DNA of 64,000 nucleotides from Chrysomallon squamiferum. Taxonomy: Eukaryota > Animalia > Mollusca. Position 1 is the stretch's first letter. The number at the start of each line of letters is the position of its first letter. The DNA lies in contig CM022666.1 of NCBI GenBank assembly GCA_012295275.1, positions 9,610,001 to 9,674,000 on the forward strand. The letters are read 5' to 3'. Below are positions 14,001-26,199 of this stretch, piece by piece. The notes below the pieces were generated by a model. It had not been told where the DNA came from. It made no database searches and saw nothing but the letters and a program-made list of their open reading frames with translations. The translations under genes and the position numbers were made by a program.

Positions 14001-17000
14001 AAAATTTTTCTACAACACAGACTTTATTTAGGAGCAGGTAATAAAAGTCCTACATAAACACAAGAAGACAATTTTCAACTGAAATGAATGTAAGGAGTTT
14101 CAGGTGACACAAGTTTTAGAAATAACAAATATTACTTGTGACAAACAGAATTTAGATGTTACATTTTGGAAAATACAAAACTAGGTATGTGTCAACTCAG
14201 ATTGGAGTGTGTGTGGATGTACACTGTCACAATGAAGGTCAAGTATGTAAAACTACACTGTCATAGTCCAGTGTGTGTTTTAGAACAAACACATGAGTAC
14301 AAGTAACAACTTCAAAACAGAAAAACTAGAAATCTATGTTATTAACATACTAGTTTTAACATTTCAGCAGTAACAAATGTTACTTGTGACAGTTGTCACA
14401 TTTTGGAAAATACAGACAGGAGTTTGTGTGGATAGACACTGCGATGAAGAATTTCAATTATCTAAAAATACAGAGCTATTTAGACAGAAGCAAAACACAT
14501 AATGTGTTAGCATGTTCATTTTGTATCAAGAAGTATCAGTGTCATAGTCCAGTGTGTGAGTTTAAAACAAACACATCAGTACAAGTAGCACAAGTTCTAA
14601 ACAGAGAAAGTAAAAATCTACACATAATTAACACACACACACTAGTTTGATAGCTGTAAAGAACACAATAAAATATGTTTACACATTTACATTTGCAGGC
14701 TGTTTTTCTCAGGTAATGTTATAAAGAAATGGACATTTAAACAGACCTAGAGTATACTGATGAAGACCTCAAAGGATTAACATTATATAGTGTGAAACTT
14801 GTGGTTATTGAATACTAATGAAACGTCTCTTTCCGACAGTTTTTATTGTATCCACTGATCCTGATACCTGAAAGTGCTGTTTAATGCCTGAAAGTACCAG
14901 TCAGAGAAGTTTTACAGAAATTTCTTGCGAGCTAGTGAATATGAAGACATAATATAAATCAACATTCAGCTAATCAACAAAATACAACTTATTTAACAAG
15001 TCTCTGCAATCAAGATGTTATACAATACTGTGCCAATTAGAGAACAAAACTTGTAAATAACAGGAGCAGTTGTAAAAAATCCTAAATAAACACAACAAGA
15101 CAATTTTCAACTGAAATGTATGTAAGGAGTTTCAGGTGAAAGAGATTTCAGCAATAACAAATGTTACTTGTGACAGATTGACATCAGTTGTCACATTTTG
15201 GAAAATACAGAACTACACATGTAACAACACAGATTGGAGTTTGTGAGGATAGACATTGTGATGAAGAATTTCAAATATCTAAAAATACAGAGCTATTTAG
15301 ACAGAAGTAAAACACATAATGTGTTAACATGTTCATTTTGTATTAAGAAGTATCAGTGTCACAGTCCAGTGTGTGAGTTTAAAACAAACATCAGTACAAG
15401 TAGCACAAGTTCTAAACAGAGAAAGTAGAAAACTACATGTAATTAACACAGAAACATTAGTTTGATAGCTGTAAAGCACACAATAAAATATGTTTACACA
15501 TTTAGCTATTTAGACATGTAAAACACAATGTGTTAACGTTTATTTTGTATCAAGAAGTATCAGTGTCATAGTCCAGTGTGTGAGTTTAAAACAAACACAT
15601 CAGTACAAGTAGCACAAGTTCTAAACAGAGAAAGTAAAAAACTACACATAATTAACACACACACATTAGTTTGATAGCTGTAAAGCACACAACAAAATAT
15701 GTTTACACATTTACTTAAGCAGTCCTAATGTAGACTGATCAACCCTTCACATGGTTAACAGTGTGAGACAGCTATAGTGTGAGACTTGTGTTTATTAAAT
15801 ACTAATGATTCTAAGGTAGAAACCAGCTGTCTTCTTTCACTGAGATAAACTTATAACAAATGTTACTTGTGATAGATTGACATAAGTTGTCACATTTTGG
15901 AAAATACAGAACTACACATGTAACAACACAAATTGGAGTTTGTGAGGATAGACACTGTGATGAAGAATTTCAAATATCTAAAAATACAGAGCTATTTAGA
16001 CAGAAGTAAAACACATAATGTGTTAACATGTTCATTTTGTATTAAGAAGTATCAGTGTCATAGTCCAGTGTGTGAGTTTAAAACAAACACATCAGTACAA
16101 GTAGCACAAGTTCTAAACAGACAAAGTAAAAATCTACACATAATTAACACACACACATTAGTTTGATAGCTGTAAAGCACTCAATACAATATGTTTACAC
16201 ATTTACATTTGCAGGCTGCTTTTCTCAGGTAATGTTATTAAGAAATGGACATTTAAACAGACCTAGAGTACACTGATGAACACCTCAAAGGGTTGTGACA
16301 AACAGACATCAGATGTCACATTTTGGAAAATAAAGAACCTGAAGAAAATCTTGAAAGAATTAAATGAGTTTAATCTCTTACAGTTGAAATATTTTTCTAC
16401 AACACAGACTTTATTTAGGAGCAGGTAATAAAAGTCCTACATAAACACAACAAGACAATTTTCAACTGAAATGAATGTAAGGAGTTTCAGGTGACACAAG
16501 TTTTAGAAATAACAAATATTACTTGTGACAAACAGAATTTAGATTTACATTTTGGAAAATACAGAACTAGACATGTAACAACTCAGATTGGAGTTTGTGT
16601 GGGTGAACACTGTACCAAAGTGCAAATATGTAAAACCAGACAGTTAGTTTTGACAGTTGTAACACACATAATGCATTTACATGTTTACTTTGTATTAAGT
16701 ATTAGTGTCATAGTTGAAAACAAACACATCAGTACAAGAAATACAACTTCTAAACAGAGAAAGTAGAAGAGTACATGTAATTAACACAAACACACTAGTT
16801 TTGATAGCTTTAAAATACACAATAAGATATTTTTACATATTTAAACTTGTAGATAGCTTCTGTAAAGTAATGTTATTAAGAAATGGGACACTTAAGCAGT
16901 CCTAATGTAGACTGATCAACCCTTCACAATGAGACAGCTACAGTGTGAGACTTGTGTTTATTAAATACTAATGATTCTAAGGTAGAAATTAGCTGTCTTC

Positions 17001-18470
17001 TTTCACTGAGATAAACTTGGCCATTAGCCATTAACAGGAAAGAATATTTGACTTATACTTTCCCCTGGGTGGGAAAGCACATAACACAGATTGTGTTAAA
17101 CATTAGCTTTGGTTAGAACAGTAAATAGCTGATGTTAATATTTATAAAGTTTGTCATAAAAGTGTCTAAAACTGATGTAAAACTCTCCAGTTATTAAACA
17201 AAACGTGAATGTAAGTTTTTGTTTTAATCTGTGGCATTCTCTCAAAACCTGTAAGAATCTAAGAAAGATGACACATTTATATACTTGTGTTCGTAACAAG
17301 AAGAAGAAAATCTTGAAAGAATTAAATCAATTTTATCAATCAAAGGTGAAACATTTTACTACAAGAGAAATTTTATTTCAGAGCAGGTAAAAAAAGTACT
17401 TACATAAATAAAACAAGACACTTTTGAAATTAAATGAATGTAAGGCATTTCAGGTAAAACAAATTTTACTTGTGGCAAATTAAAATTAGAAGTCATGTCT
17501 GGGAAAATTCAGAAATAGGTATGTAACAACTCAAATTGGAGGTTGTGTGGATGGATGCTGTGACAAAGAATTTCAAATATGCAAAAACAGAGCTAGTTTT
17601 GACATCTGTAAAATGCATAATCTGTTTACAAGTTTACTTAGTGTTAAGTGTAAGTGTCATAGTCCAGTGTATGAGCTCAAAACAAACACATCAGTAGAAG
17701 TAACACAACTTCTAAACAGAGAAAAAAGATGTCCACATGTAATTAACACAAACACATTATTTTTATCAGCTGTAAAAATGTATTTAAGGAGTTTGAGGTA
17801 AAACATGTTACTTGTGAATGGCTGACATCAGTTCTCACATTCTGGTAAATAATGAACTAGATAAAGTACAACTGAAGAGACTCTGATTACAAACAAGCAA
17901 CTTGAAACTGGCATGGTAGGTTTCAGCATGACATGGAACACTAACATGACCCAACATTTTAGAGTTCCTGAAGAAAGAGGAGATAAGACAATATGGCAGG
18001 CAGCCAAGCACCAAACAAGATGGAAATGGTGAGACACAATAGAAAAAGTCCTCTATTAGCATACAATGCATGACTTTCGACACACCTACAACTGAAATAA
18101 ACATGATCATTAACATAACTATAAACCCAAGATGAGAAACCACATATATTGTTACTTTGGTAAATCAGAACTTTGGATAGAATAGGAACTTTTGGATGGA
18201 TTTGTGATATCCTGAAAAAATGATATCAAAGTGTCTCATTTTTACATACTCATATACAATTTATATAAACCATAGCCATAAATATAAATATTTGTATATA
18301 CGTTTGTGAAAGTATACATTTTTTATCTTTATACAGATTGATGGATAAATACACATCTATAGACATACTGAAAAGAAAACAATTGTAAAATATTGTCTTA
18401 TTTTTATTTAATAAAGTATTATTTTAACAGTAATATATAATTTAAAAAAAAAAAAACCAAAAAAACTTAT

Positions 18471-18476
18471 TTTATT
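18471..18476 (-). promoter_or_regulatory. Candidate poly(A) signal of the minus-strand gene (paralogue at 51339-51344)
   Basis: AATAAA on the minus strand, followed by a U-rich tract, at the distal end of a long AT-rich UTR-like region. AATAAA is common in this DNA, so the evidence is weak. Confidence 0.3.
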
Positions 18477-19306
18477 GATAAAAGGAAACATGTCAAGATA
18501 ATTGTTTTACAAATAATACATTTATTTTTATAAAGAAGAAAAATAATTTTACCACATGCAGTTTGCAATCGTTTTTTTGGCACTTTCTGGATAGAATTAA
18601 TCTTGTATTTGAAATAAATTATATGTTTGTATAAATAACCTTTTTGGCATATAATAATAATAGTGTTGTTGTTATTATTTTTATTGCAATATACAGTATG
18701 AATGATTAAAATGTTTCTTTTTATTCCTCTAATGGTATGAAGATAAGGAAATTGATCATGTTCAGCTGTATTCCCATACAAGATTCCTGTATTACTAAAG
18801 AAGAATATGTACATTTTATCTTTAAAATTAGCTACTAGAACAAAATAACTATTTTGAGCATGGGCTGGTCACCAGTGACAAATAAAACAATCATTCAGTA
18901 TTAAGCACAGCAATTTGTGAGCACCACCAAAGCAGCACTCAAAAACTAACAAAACAAGTTATTTTAAAATCAAACACACTGCTAATCTATTTCTCCAAAC
19001 ATCATACATCAATAATAATGGTTTTGACAGGATGTAGATAATGAAATGAAATGGTAACAATATCTGGGGGTTCTATATTAGTTAATTTATGATAAAAATG
19101 AAGACTTCAAATAACATACAAGTCATTCTGTGTTGATTTAAAATTGATGGGCACATTTTATATTTTATACACACTACATATTGTGAAAAGGAATATTTAT
19201 TAAAATTTGCCAGGCTTAAAAAATATCTTTCAGACAATGTGCATAACTTTATGAATAATATTTATTATTTTTTTATGTAAAGGAATATCTATATAAATGA
19301 AGCTAC

Positions 19307-19307
<1 letters not shown>

Positions 19308-19349
<42 letters not shown>
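19308..19349. repeat. (ATT)14 microsatellite; (ATT)13 in the partner copy at 52177-52215
   Basis: Perfect trinucleotide run read directly. Confidence 0.95.
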
Positions 19350-21110
19350 GATTTTAAACCTACTCTAAATCTCAATTTTTTATCTCAATAAATAGGAGCA
19401 TTTGATACAAATTTCAGGCAATTGGTTTGTAATATATTAACAGCAAAAACTGGAATATATTAAACACAAAAAGTTACTTATTTTCAATGAAGTGTTACTC
19501 TTACACTATTGTGAGTCAATCACTTCATGATTTTTCACCTTTTCAATAATTTTATTAAATTTATATTCGTTTCACTGGTTGTTTTTTAAAAAACTTTTTA
19601 GAATATAAATCTTATCATTACATATATAAAAATATCTCAAAATGGTTTTGTTCACACACATATAATAATATTTCAATATTTTTCTAATAAATATAGAAAA
19701 AAAAAATCTTATATACATGTAAGAAAAAATAATTAGAAAAGGAAAATGTAGAAAACCTTTACCATCTACTGCTGATTATAAAGTCCAGTGCACATTTATT
19801 AGTATAAAGTATTTGTAAAATTAATTAATATTATACTGCAAATACATAAATCTTCATCAGATGAAGAATAAACTGACTGAGCATTTATCCGATTGTCTGA
19901 ATACGTTGCTCATTTCAACTAAAAAACCATTTTATATCCAAGTATATTAAAGCATCGATAGTGTGAATTTGATACTATAAAAGTATTTGCATATGGGGAA
20001 AAAAAAATACATTCAATTTTAAAATATGGTATAAAAACAAAGCAAAACATTTTTTTTAATAATTTCCTCTAAAATTTTTTTTTTTTTTTATGGCACAGCT
20101 TAGTATATATGTAAAGAAAGATAAGAATAAAATGCCCAATGTAATTTTGTTTTGGTTGTAGTAACTTTAGATATTTGCTAATAACACACACACACACACA
20201 CATTATACATAAAATTAAGTACAGCAACTTCTGTATTTCGATGTATGTAAAAATGATACTTTGAAAACAAATAAAACCAAATCATTTTTTTTATTTTTTT
20301 TTTTTAATAAATGATAGACTTATATGGCAAATATGAATAATATTTCTCTAAAAAAAATGTAATTAATTAATAATAATAAATGAAAAATATGAAATGAATA
20401 GTATAAAATGACATCTGTAATAAAAAAAAAAATTCAGCAGCTTCTATGCATTTTTATACTTTATTATAAGCAAAGTTTTTTGAAATGTAAAAAAAAAAAA
20501 ATAATAATAATAATTAAAATCTCATTATATAAAATATATATCTGGACTGTTTATATTTTTAATCATTTTCAAAATACACAAATTTTTTAGTTCAAACAAA
20601 AGGTTAAATAAACACACCTCCTAATGACCTAGCATTTACTGTATAAAACCTACACTGAATCAACATTAAATTTTATAAAACAAAAATATATATAAAAATA
20701 AAATTTACAAGACCAAAAAAATTAAGATTGGCCACACACCTATACATGGATTTAAAATATACTGAAACTATTTAAAGATACTAAAACTTTTGATTCAGTT
20801 GTATAAGTACCTCTCTTTAACGTAACAAAAAATTAGATCTTATAACACCAAAATGTTATAAAAAAATTTTTAACATACAGAAATTTACCTTAACTGTACT
20901 TAAACTAGTTCTCTTCGGCTTCAAATTTTTTTAATTGTTTTTACAAAATTAAAAAAATCAGTTACACAAATTGTTATATATACAGTATTATACAAAATTA
21001 GTTTTAGGATAGAAAAAAATACATGTTTAGAAAAAATTACAAGGCAGTTTATATTAGTGATTCCTAATGTTTTGATGTCGCATCCCCTGATGTCAAGATG
21101 AGTTTTTGGT

Positions 21111-21166
21111 TCAGCTTCCCACTGTAAACCCATCTCCTCCAAAATGGATCTCGGTTCATCAGATTC
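21111..21166 (-). CDS. Duplicate of candidate terminal exon C, 1 nt shorter (reads ESDEPRSILEEMGLQWEAEP... to 20921)
   Basis: Acceptor tttctccatttctcatatag|GAATCTGATGAA. Differs from 53975-54031 by one base in a homopolymer. Confidence 0.4.
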
Positions 21167-22559
21167 CTATATGAGAAATGGAGAAACATTTTAAAAAAAG
21201 TTCTTTTACTTTTTATTTTTGTTCTTTTCAAACATTTACTTATGTACATTTTTTTTTTCATCTATTTATTTTAATTTTCAATAAATTTAATAAAACATTT
21301 GTTACGTTTCCACACTTAATCAATGTATTATTATTATTAGTTTGTTTTGGACATTTTTAATTGTAAATTTTCTTTTTCTTTATATTATAATCATTTATTA
21401 TTATTATTTATTTAAAAAACTGTTTTTGTATTTTTTATCAAAAGAATAAAAAATGTTATTTAAAAGTAAAATGTTTCACTTTTTTCTTTTTGAACTAAAG
21501 AGTATATAATATTTTTGTCATAAAATTTATTTTTGTTGCTATATTGTATTAAAATTGAATTGAAGAAGATACTGACTTGCATTCAAAATGGTAAATAAAA
21601 CAAAAACAACATAACAGAAGTAAACAATAATTCAACACTCCCCCAGTACACAACAAAAATAAAGGAATACCAAATAAAAACAGAAAAGTGTCACAGAATT
21701 TTACTATAATTATATTTATTACTTTATTTTTTTATTTGTCAACTTTTTATTTGTATGTTTTGAATCAGATTGTTGTTGTTTTAAATTTAACTGAGATTTA
21801 AAACAAATTAAATACAAAACTAAAGGACATATTGATGCACAAGTGTCTAAAATGAATAAATTAATAAAAATATGATTAATTTGTTTTAGTAAATAATTGT
21901 TATGCACAGAGGGTAGGGGTGTTGTTAGAACAAAATCAAACAAAGTAACTGAAAACGTCACCAAACTACCTGCATGCAGTTACAGAAACATTAACAATAT
22001 ATAATAAGAATAATTTACACAATCCCAAATGAAGAGGTAAAAAGATTCACAAGAAGGTGTTAACATGCATACATGCAGAAAAGATTAACAAACATGAATA
22101 AAAAATAAAAATAAAAAAATTTAATAAAGAAGAACCCTGTTTTTAAAATAATATTTTCTCATTTTATTACTGCCTGTCAGAATTATTTTATCTATTTAAG
22201 TTTTAATTATAAGTTTTTATTTATTTGTTCTCCATTCCTCAGACAGGGGAAAAAATAATATTAACATAACAAAAATAACAGCAATGCCATGAATAAATAA
22301 ATTAATTAAAATAACAATAAAATTTTTAAAACAAATTTTAAAAATAAAAATGGAAGTTTAAAAAAGCATTGAACAAAAACAACAGTCCAATACCAGAATG
22401 TTATGTTCAAAAGTCTAAAAAGCCCGAGGCGTGATCTACGTTTACTAGCCATCTGTGAATAGCTGTCCATCTGCAACACCTCATCATCTTCTATGAGCAT
22501 CTGAACAACACTGTCACTCCATTGCTGTGATAAATTACACAACTCTGTTGTAAGCACTT

Positions 22560-23130
22560 TACATTAACCATAATATTACACTACAGTAACCAGGTATTAC
22601 ATTATCCTATAGTAAACATGTATTTCATTAAAGTAACAGCTATTACAGGAATCATGCAGTATCCAACTATTACATTACATAACCATATATTACATTAAAC
22701 TACAGTAACCTGGTATTACACTGCCCTACAGCAAGAATGTATTACATTATAGTTACCATGTATTACATAATAATTACCATATGTACATTGCACTACATTA
22801 ACTATTTGTTAGATTACAGTAACAAGATATTATATTACAAAAATAATGTTAAACAAGACAACAGCAAACATATATCATATTACCATAACCTTGATACAGT
22901 ATAGTAATCACTAATTACATTATAGAAACCAGGTATTAATTATAAATTCTAGTAACAATGTCACATAATACAACAGCAAACATGTATTACATTATATGAC
23001 AATAGCAAACGCATTACATTGTACAACATGGTAACAATTTGATACATAACACTCTGACCACTAGGTATTACAGTATGTGACAATGTAGGAATTATGTTAC
23101 AATTATCTATTTTAAATTACATTATACTTG
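22560..23130 (+). repeat. Degenerate short-period minisatellite (cagtaaccaggtattacatt-like); partner at ~55440-56010
   Basis: Repeated tattacatt / cagtaacc motifs at roughly 20-30 bp spacing. Confidence 0.7.
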
Positions 23131-23301
23131 GATTTCTTCTCTAGGGTTTTATTAAACATTTATTGTGTAAAACAATTAATGTAAACATTTAAAATTTTAA
23201 CATTAACCTCAGACTTTGCTTTACAGTAAATAGATATTAAAATTCTTAACATTTAGTAACAGAAACCAAACCAATCAAGTATTAAATGATTCTACTGTAA
23301 C

Positions 23302-23501
23302 NNNNNNNNNNNNNNNNNNNNNNNNNNNNNNNNNNNNNNNNNNNNNNNNNNNNNNNNNNNNNNNNNNNNNNNNNNNNNNNNNNNNNNNNNNNNNNNNNNN
23401 NNNNNNNNNNNNNNNNNNNNNNNNNNNNNNNNNNNNNNNNNNNNNNNNNNNNNNNNNNNNNNNNNNNNNNNNNNNNNNNNNNNNNNNNNNNNNNNNNNNN
23501 N
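23302..23501. other. Assembly gap (200 N)
   Basis: Run of exactly 200 N, typical of a fixed-size scaffolding gap. Confidence 0.99.
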
Positions 23502-23647
23502 GATGACACAGAGCTGTATGAGAAGTTTCATGATTTCTACTATGACGCTTTGTCAGAATTTAAAAAAGTTGGTCATGTTGTTCAGTTCAAAGTTTGCTGT
23601 AATTGTGAAGTGCATTTGAGAGGAAATGTTTATGTCCAGTACAGAAA
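23502..23647 (+). CDS. ZRSR2: ZRSR2/URP (U2AF35-related CCCH-UHM-RS splicing factor), internal exon truncated by the gap
   Basis: Translates to DDTELYEKFHDFYYDALSEFKKVGHVVQFKVCCNCEVHLRGNVYVQYR, matching the ZRSR UHM (EFK.VG.V.QFKV.CN.E.HLRGNVYVQY). Donor AA|gtaagt at 23648. Confidence 0.93.
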
Positions 23648-23887
23648 GTAAGTATACTTGGTAACACTCCCATACTGTTAGCATCATCTTTATCATCATG
23701 TACATATGAGAGAGAGCAGGTCACTGGATTTTTTCCTCATGGTGTAAATATGAGGAAAAAAATGTCATGTGGATTAAACAGAATAAATTATGAAATATGG
23801 AAGCTATGTGAAGGTGATAATAACCTAATTATTAATAGATATTTAGTTGTGAAGTGAAATTGTTCCATTATTGGCGTTGTTTTTCAG

Positions 23888-23996
23888 TGAAACGGAGGCA
23901 GAGCAAGCTTTAATAAGTTTAATGGACGCTGGTATGGTGGTCGTCAGATTTCTGGTCACTTTGTCAACATTGCCAAATGGAAGTCAGCTATTTGTG
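23888..23996 (+). CDS. ZRSR2: ZRSR2 penultimate exon (apparent 1-nt deletion near 23910-23917)
   Basis: Acceptor tttttcag|. Reads ETEAEQAL../FNGRWYGGRQISGHFVNIAKWKSAIC. Donor G|gtaaga. Exon is 109 nt where the flanking phases require 110. Confidence 0.9.
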
Positions 23997-24147
23997 GTAA
24001 GATATTACACTTAAAAAACAAATAAAAACACTATCTAGTAGAGATAAGAGTTTTGCCTGGGTGTGTGTGTGTGAGTGCACATGCACTGACATCCTAGGTG
24101 TTTCATTTATCTACATTGTTTTGTTATTTTTAACCTTTGTTTTGCAG

Positions 24148-24761
24148 CACAGTTCTTTAGAAGAAAATGTCCAAAGGGAAACCGCTGTAACTTTCTCCAT
24201 GTGTTCCAAAATCCTGGCAATGAATTCTGGGAAGCAGACAGGGATCTGATGCAGAACAACAACACTGGCAGACAATTCAGTCACAACCATGATAATTCAA
24301 GGCTTTCCAGAGATCAAGATAATTATCGAAACAGAAGGTCACATTCAGGGTCAAGGTCTAAGTCACCTAGCACATTTCACCGAAGAAGACGTAGGTCAAG
24401 ATCCAGAGACAGAAGGTCCACATCAAATTATTCCAAAAGGTCATATTCAAGAAGGTCAAGGTCAAGGTCACCAAGGTACAAGAAATCAAGAGAAAGATCA
24501 CAATCAAGATCACCTCACAGAGAAGGGTCACCATTGAGAGGATCCTCCAAGGTTAACAGTCATAAAAAGTCCAATAAAAGGTCACAGTCAAAGATGAATT
24601 CTGTAAGAAGTGAGGAAATGTCCAGTAACTGTAACAGCCAAGAGAGGGAAGGAAAACACAAAAAGAAGAAACACAAACATAACAAACATAAACACAAAGA
24701 AAAACAGAGTAAAGAGGAGACAAATGTGTCAGACACTGAACAGAAATCAGAAATAAAGTAA
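24148..24761 (+). CDS. ZRSR2: ZRSR2 last coding exon: second CCCH finger, RS domain, Lys/His-rich tail
   Basis: Acceptor ctttgttttgcag|. Reads QFFRRKCPKGNRCNFLHVFQNPGNEFWEADRD, then RS repeats and KHKKKKHKH; TAA at 24759-24761. Confidence 0.94.
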
Positions 24762-25964
24762 TAACAATTTTTATTTCTCAAGTGTAAAAAGGTTCTAAAA
24801 TATTTATTTGCTCATTGCCTAATTTTTTTTTTTTTGGTTTTGTATTACTGTCATTGTTCTTTAATGATAATCACCCAGTGAAATCAAACATTAAAATAAT
24901 TATAATTTTGTTTGTATAGTCTTGATTTTGCAGTTTGTTGTGTTTATCTCTCTCAAACTCTCTCTCATACATGCACACACACACCCAAAAGAAAATTACA
25001 TGAATTATCCATTTTCTTTCAGTTTTTTCTGGTAATTGTTCCAGTTCCATATTATTTCACATTGTTACTTTCATACAAATGGCTGCATGATACTACCCAA
25101 GATTAATTTCATCTCTAGAGATGGTACCAATTACTACTGATGGTCAATCTTTTACATTTGGTCTCTTAGTCAGTTTCCAGTTCTAATCAGTATTCTTCAA
25201 CTTGACATGTTAATTGTTGAATATTTTTTATTGTACAAAGATAAATGCATGCAAAAAATGCTGATGTTAACTTGTAAATTTACAATGGCATGATCACTGA
25301 TGAGGATATTTCAAGATCGTATTTGTGTAATAAAAACAACAACAGTTTTATTTCTGTTAATTAATAACCCATGATGTAATGTAAATGGGCTTCACATTCT
25401 GTCACGGAGCCATGACATCTGCTTGTATATTAAAAACAAACTTATTATTACATTTTAACTCCATTTATTTGCAAACAAGTAATAAAATATACATAATGAA
25501 CTTTTGAAAAAAAACAAAATAACAATACAAAGTTTAATACAGAAATACTACCATAGTAATTGATGTTAGTAGAAAGTTTAACATGAAACATTCAGTCTAA
25601 TTTAATCAGTTCCGATGAGAAATATAGCATAAATTCAGTAACACAAATTGATAATACAACATTACGTGTTTCATAAATAGAATTATAAAAAACATTACAT
25701 CTGCTACAAACCCAGGTGACAACACTACATTGTTTTACATATTTTACTTTGAGCAAAAATAATTTCTATTGTTAGTTTATCCTAGTAAACATACAATATA
25801 CTTGTTTTTGTACATTCATTTCTTTCCTTAAACTATTTTATGTCAGAAATTTTATTAACAAAACAATTTATAATAAATCTAGGTATACTTCAGCTGTTTA
25901 TTATTTTATAGGATTCTACTGATTGTTTAAATTATCATTTCCCAGTTATACTTGATGACAGCAT

Positions 25965-26036
25965 TATAAGATGCTCCACCACATTTACAGAGATCCTCCT
26001 TTGGTGTATGGAAGTATTCCATGGCCTGCACATCTA
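25965..26036 (+). mobile_element. Tiny decayed Tc1/mariner transposase remnant
   Basis: gatgctccaccacat (DAPPH) and ggaagtattccatggcctgcacat (GSIPWPAH) echo the DGAPPH and WP(A/P)RSPD motifs. Confidence 0.35.
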
Positions 26037-26199
26037 AAAAGTGGTCAATGGAACTGTTCAAGGGATTGATTAATGCCTGGGTCAAAAGGGGATCAAATGC
26101 TGATATTCATACAAGAAATAAAAACATAACTTGCTATTACACGTTTTTAATTTATTTTATATTTTATTTGAACTTAAGTGAAATATAATGATAATTGAA

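Larger units (their letters stand above)
1..17830 (+). repeat. Complex modular tandem-repeat domain (diverged edge monomers around a homogeneous core array at ~3380-16560)
   Basis: Recurrent core aacaaatgttacttgtgaca...tgtcacattttggaaaatacaga...gtcatagtccagtgtgtgagtttaaaacaaacac...atgtttacacattta. Equivalent ORF-track starts at 3796, 6183 and 8573 give a period of ~2390 bp. Confidence 0.95.
1..23301 (+). repeat. Copy 1 of a large near-identical duplication (partner 40779-56184); ends exactly at the scaffold gap
   Basis: Position 1 (ctcatgtgccaagtataag) matches 40779, and 23301 (gattctactgtaac) matches 56184. Non-repetitive sequence is collinear, with scattered SNPs and small indels. The length difference lies mainly in the modular array. 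Confidence 0.95.

Noticed and set aside
3796-16166. Repeated 64-85 aa ORFs (MEFVRIDTVMKNF...CSFCIKKYQCHSPVCEFKT) as a peptide or zinc-finger gene family
   Set aside because: They start at TTG, not ATG. Copies differ by frame-shifting 2-bp indels, diverged monomers change frame, and the Cys pattern lacks C2H2 His ligands. They are best read as chance frames in the repeat core.
3380-16560. CRISPR-like repeat-spacer array
   Set aside because: Eukaryotic context, a core of hundreds of bp, spacers that recur and are related to each other, and no cas genes.
23282-23531. ORFs spanning the N run
   Set aside because: Artefacts of translating the gap.
24289-24781. Overlapping alternative-frame and antisense ORFs in the ZRSR2 last exon
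   Set aside because: Shadows of the low-complexity RS/Lys-rich coding sequence.
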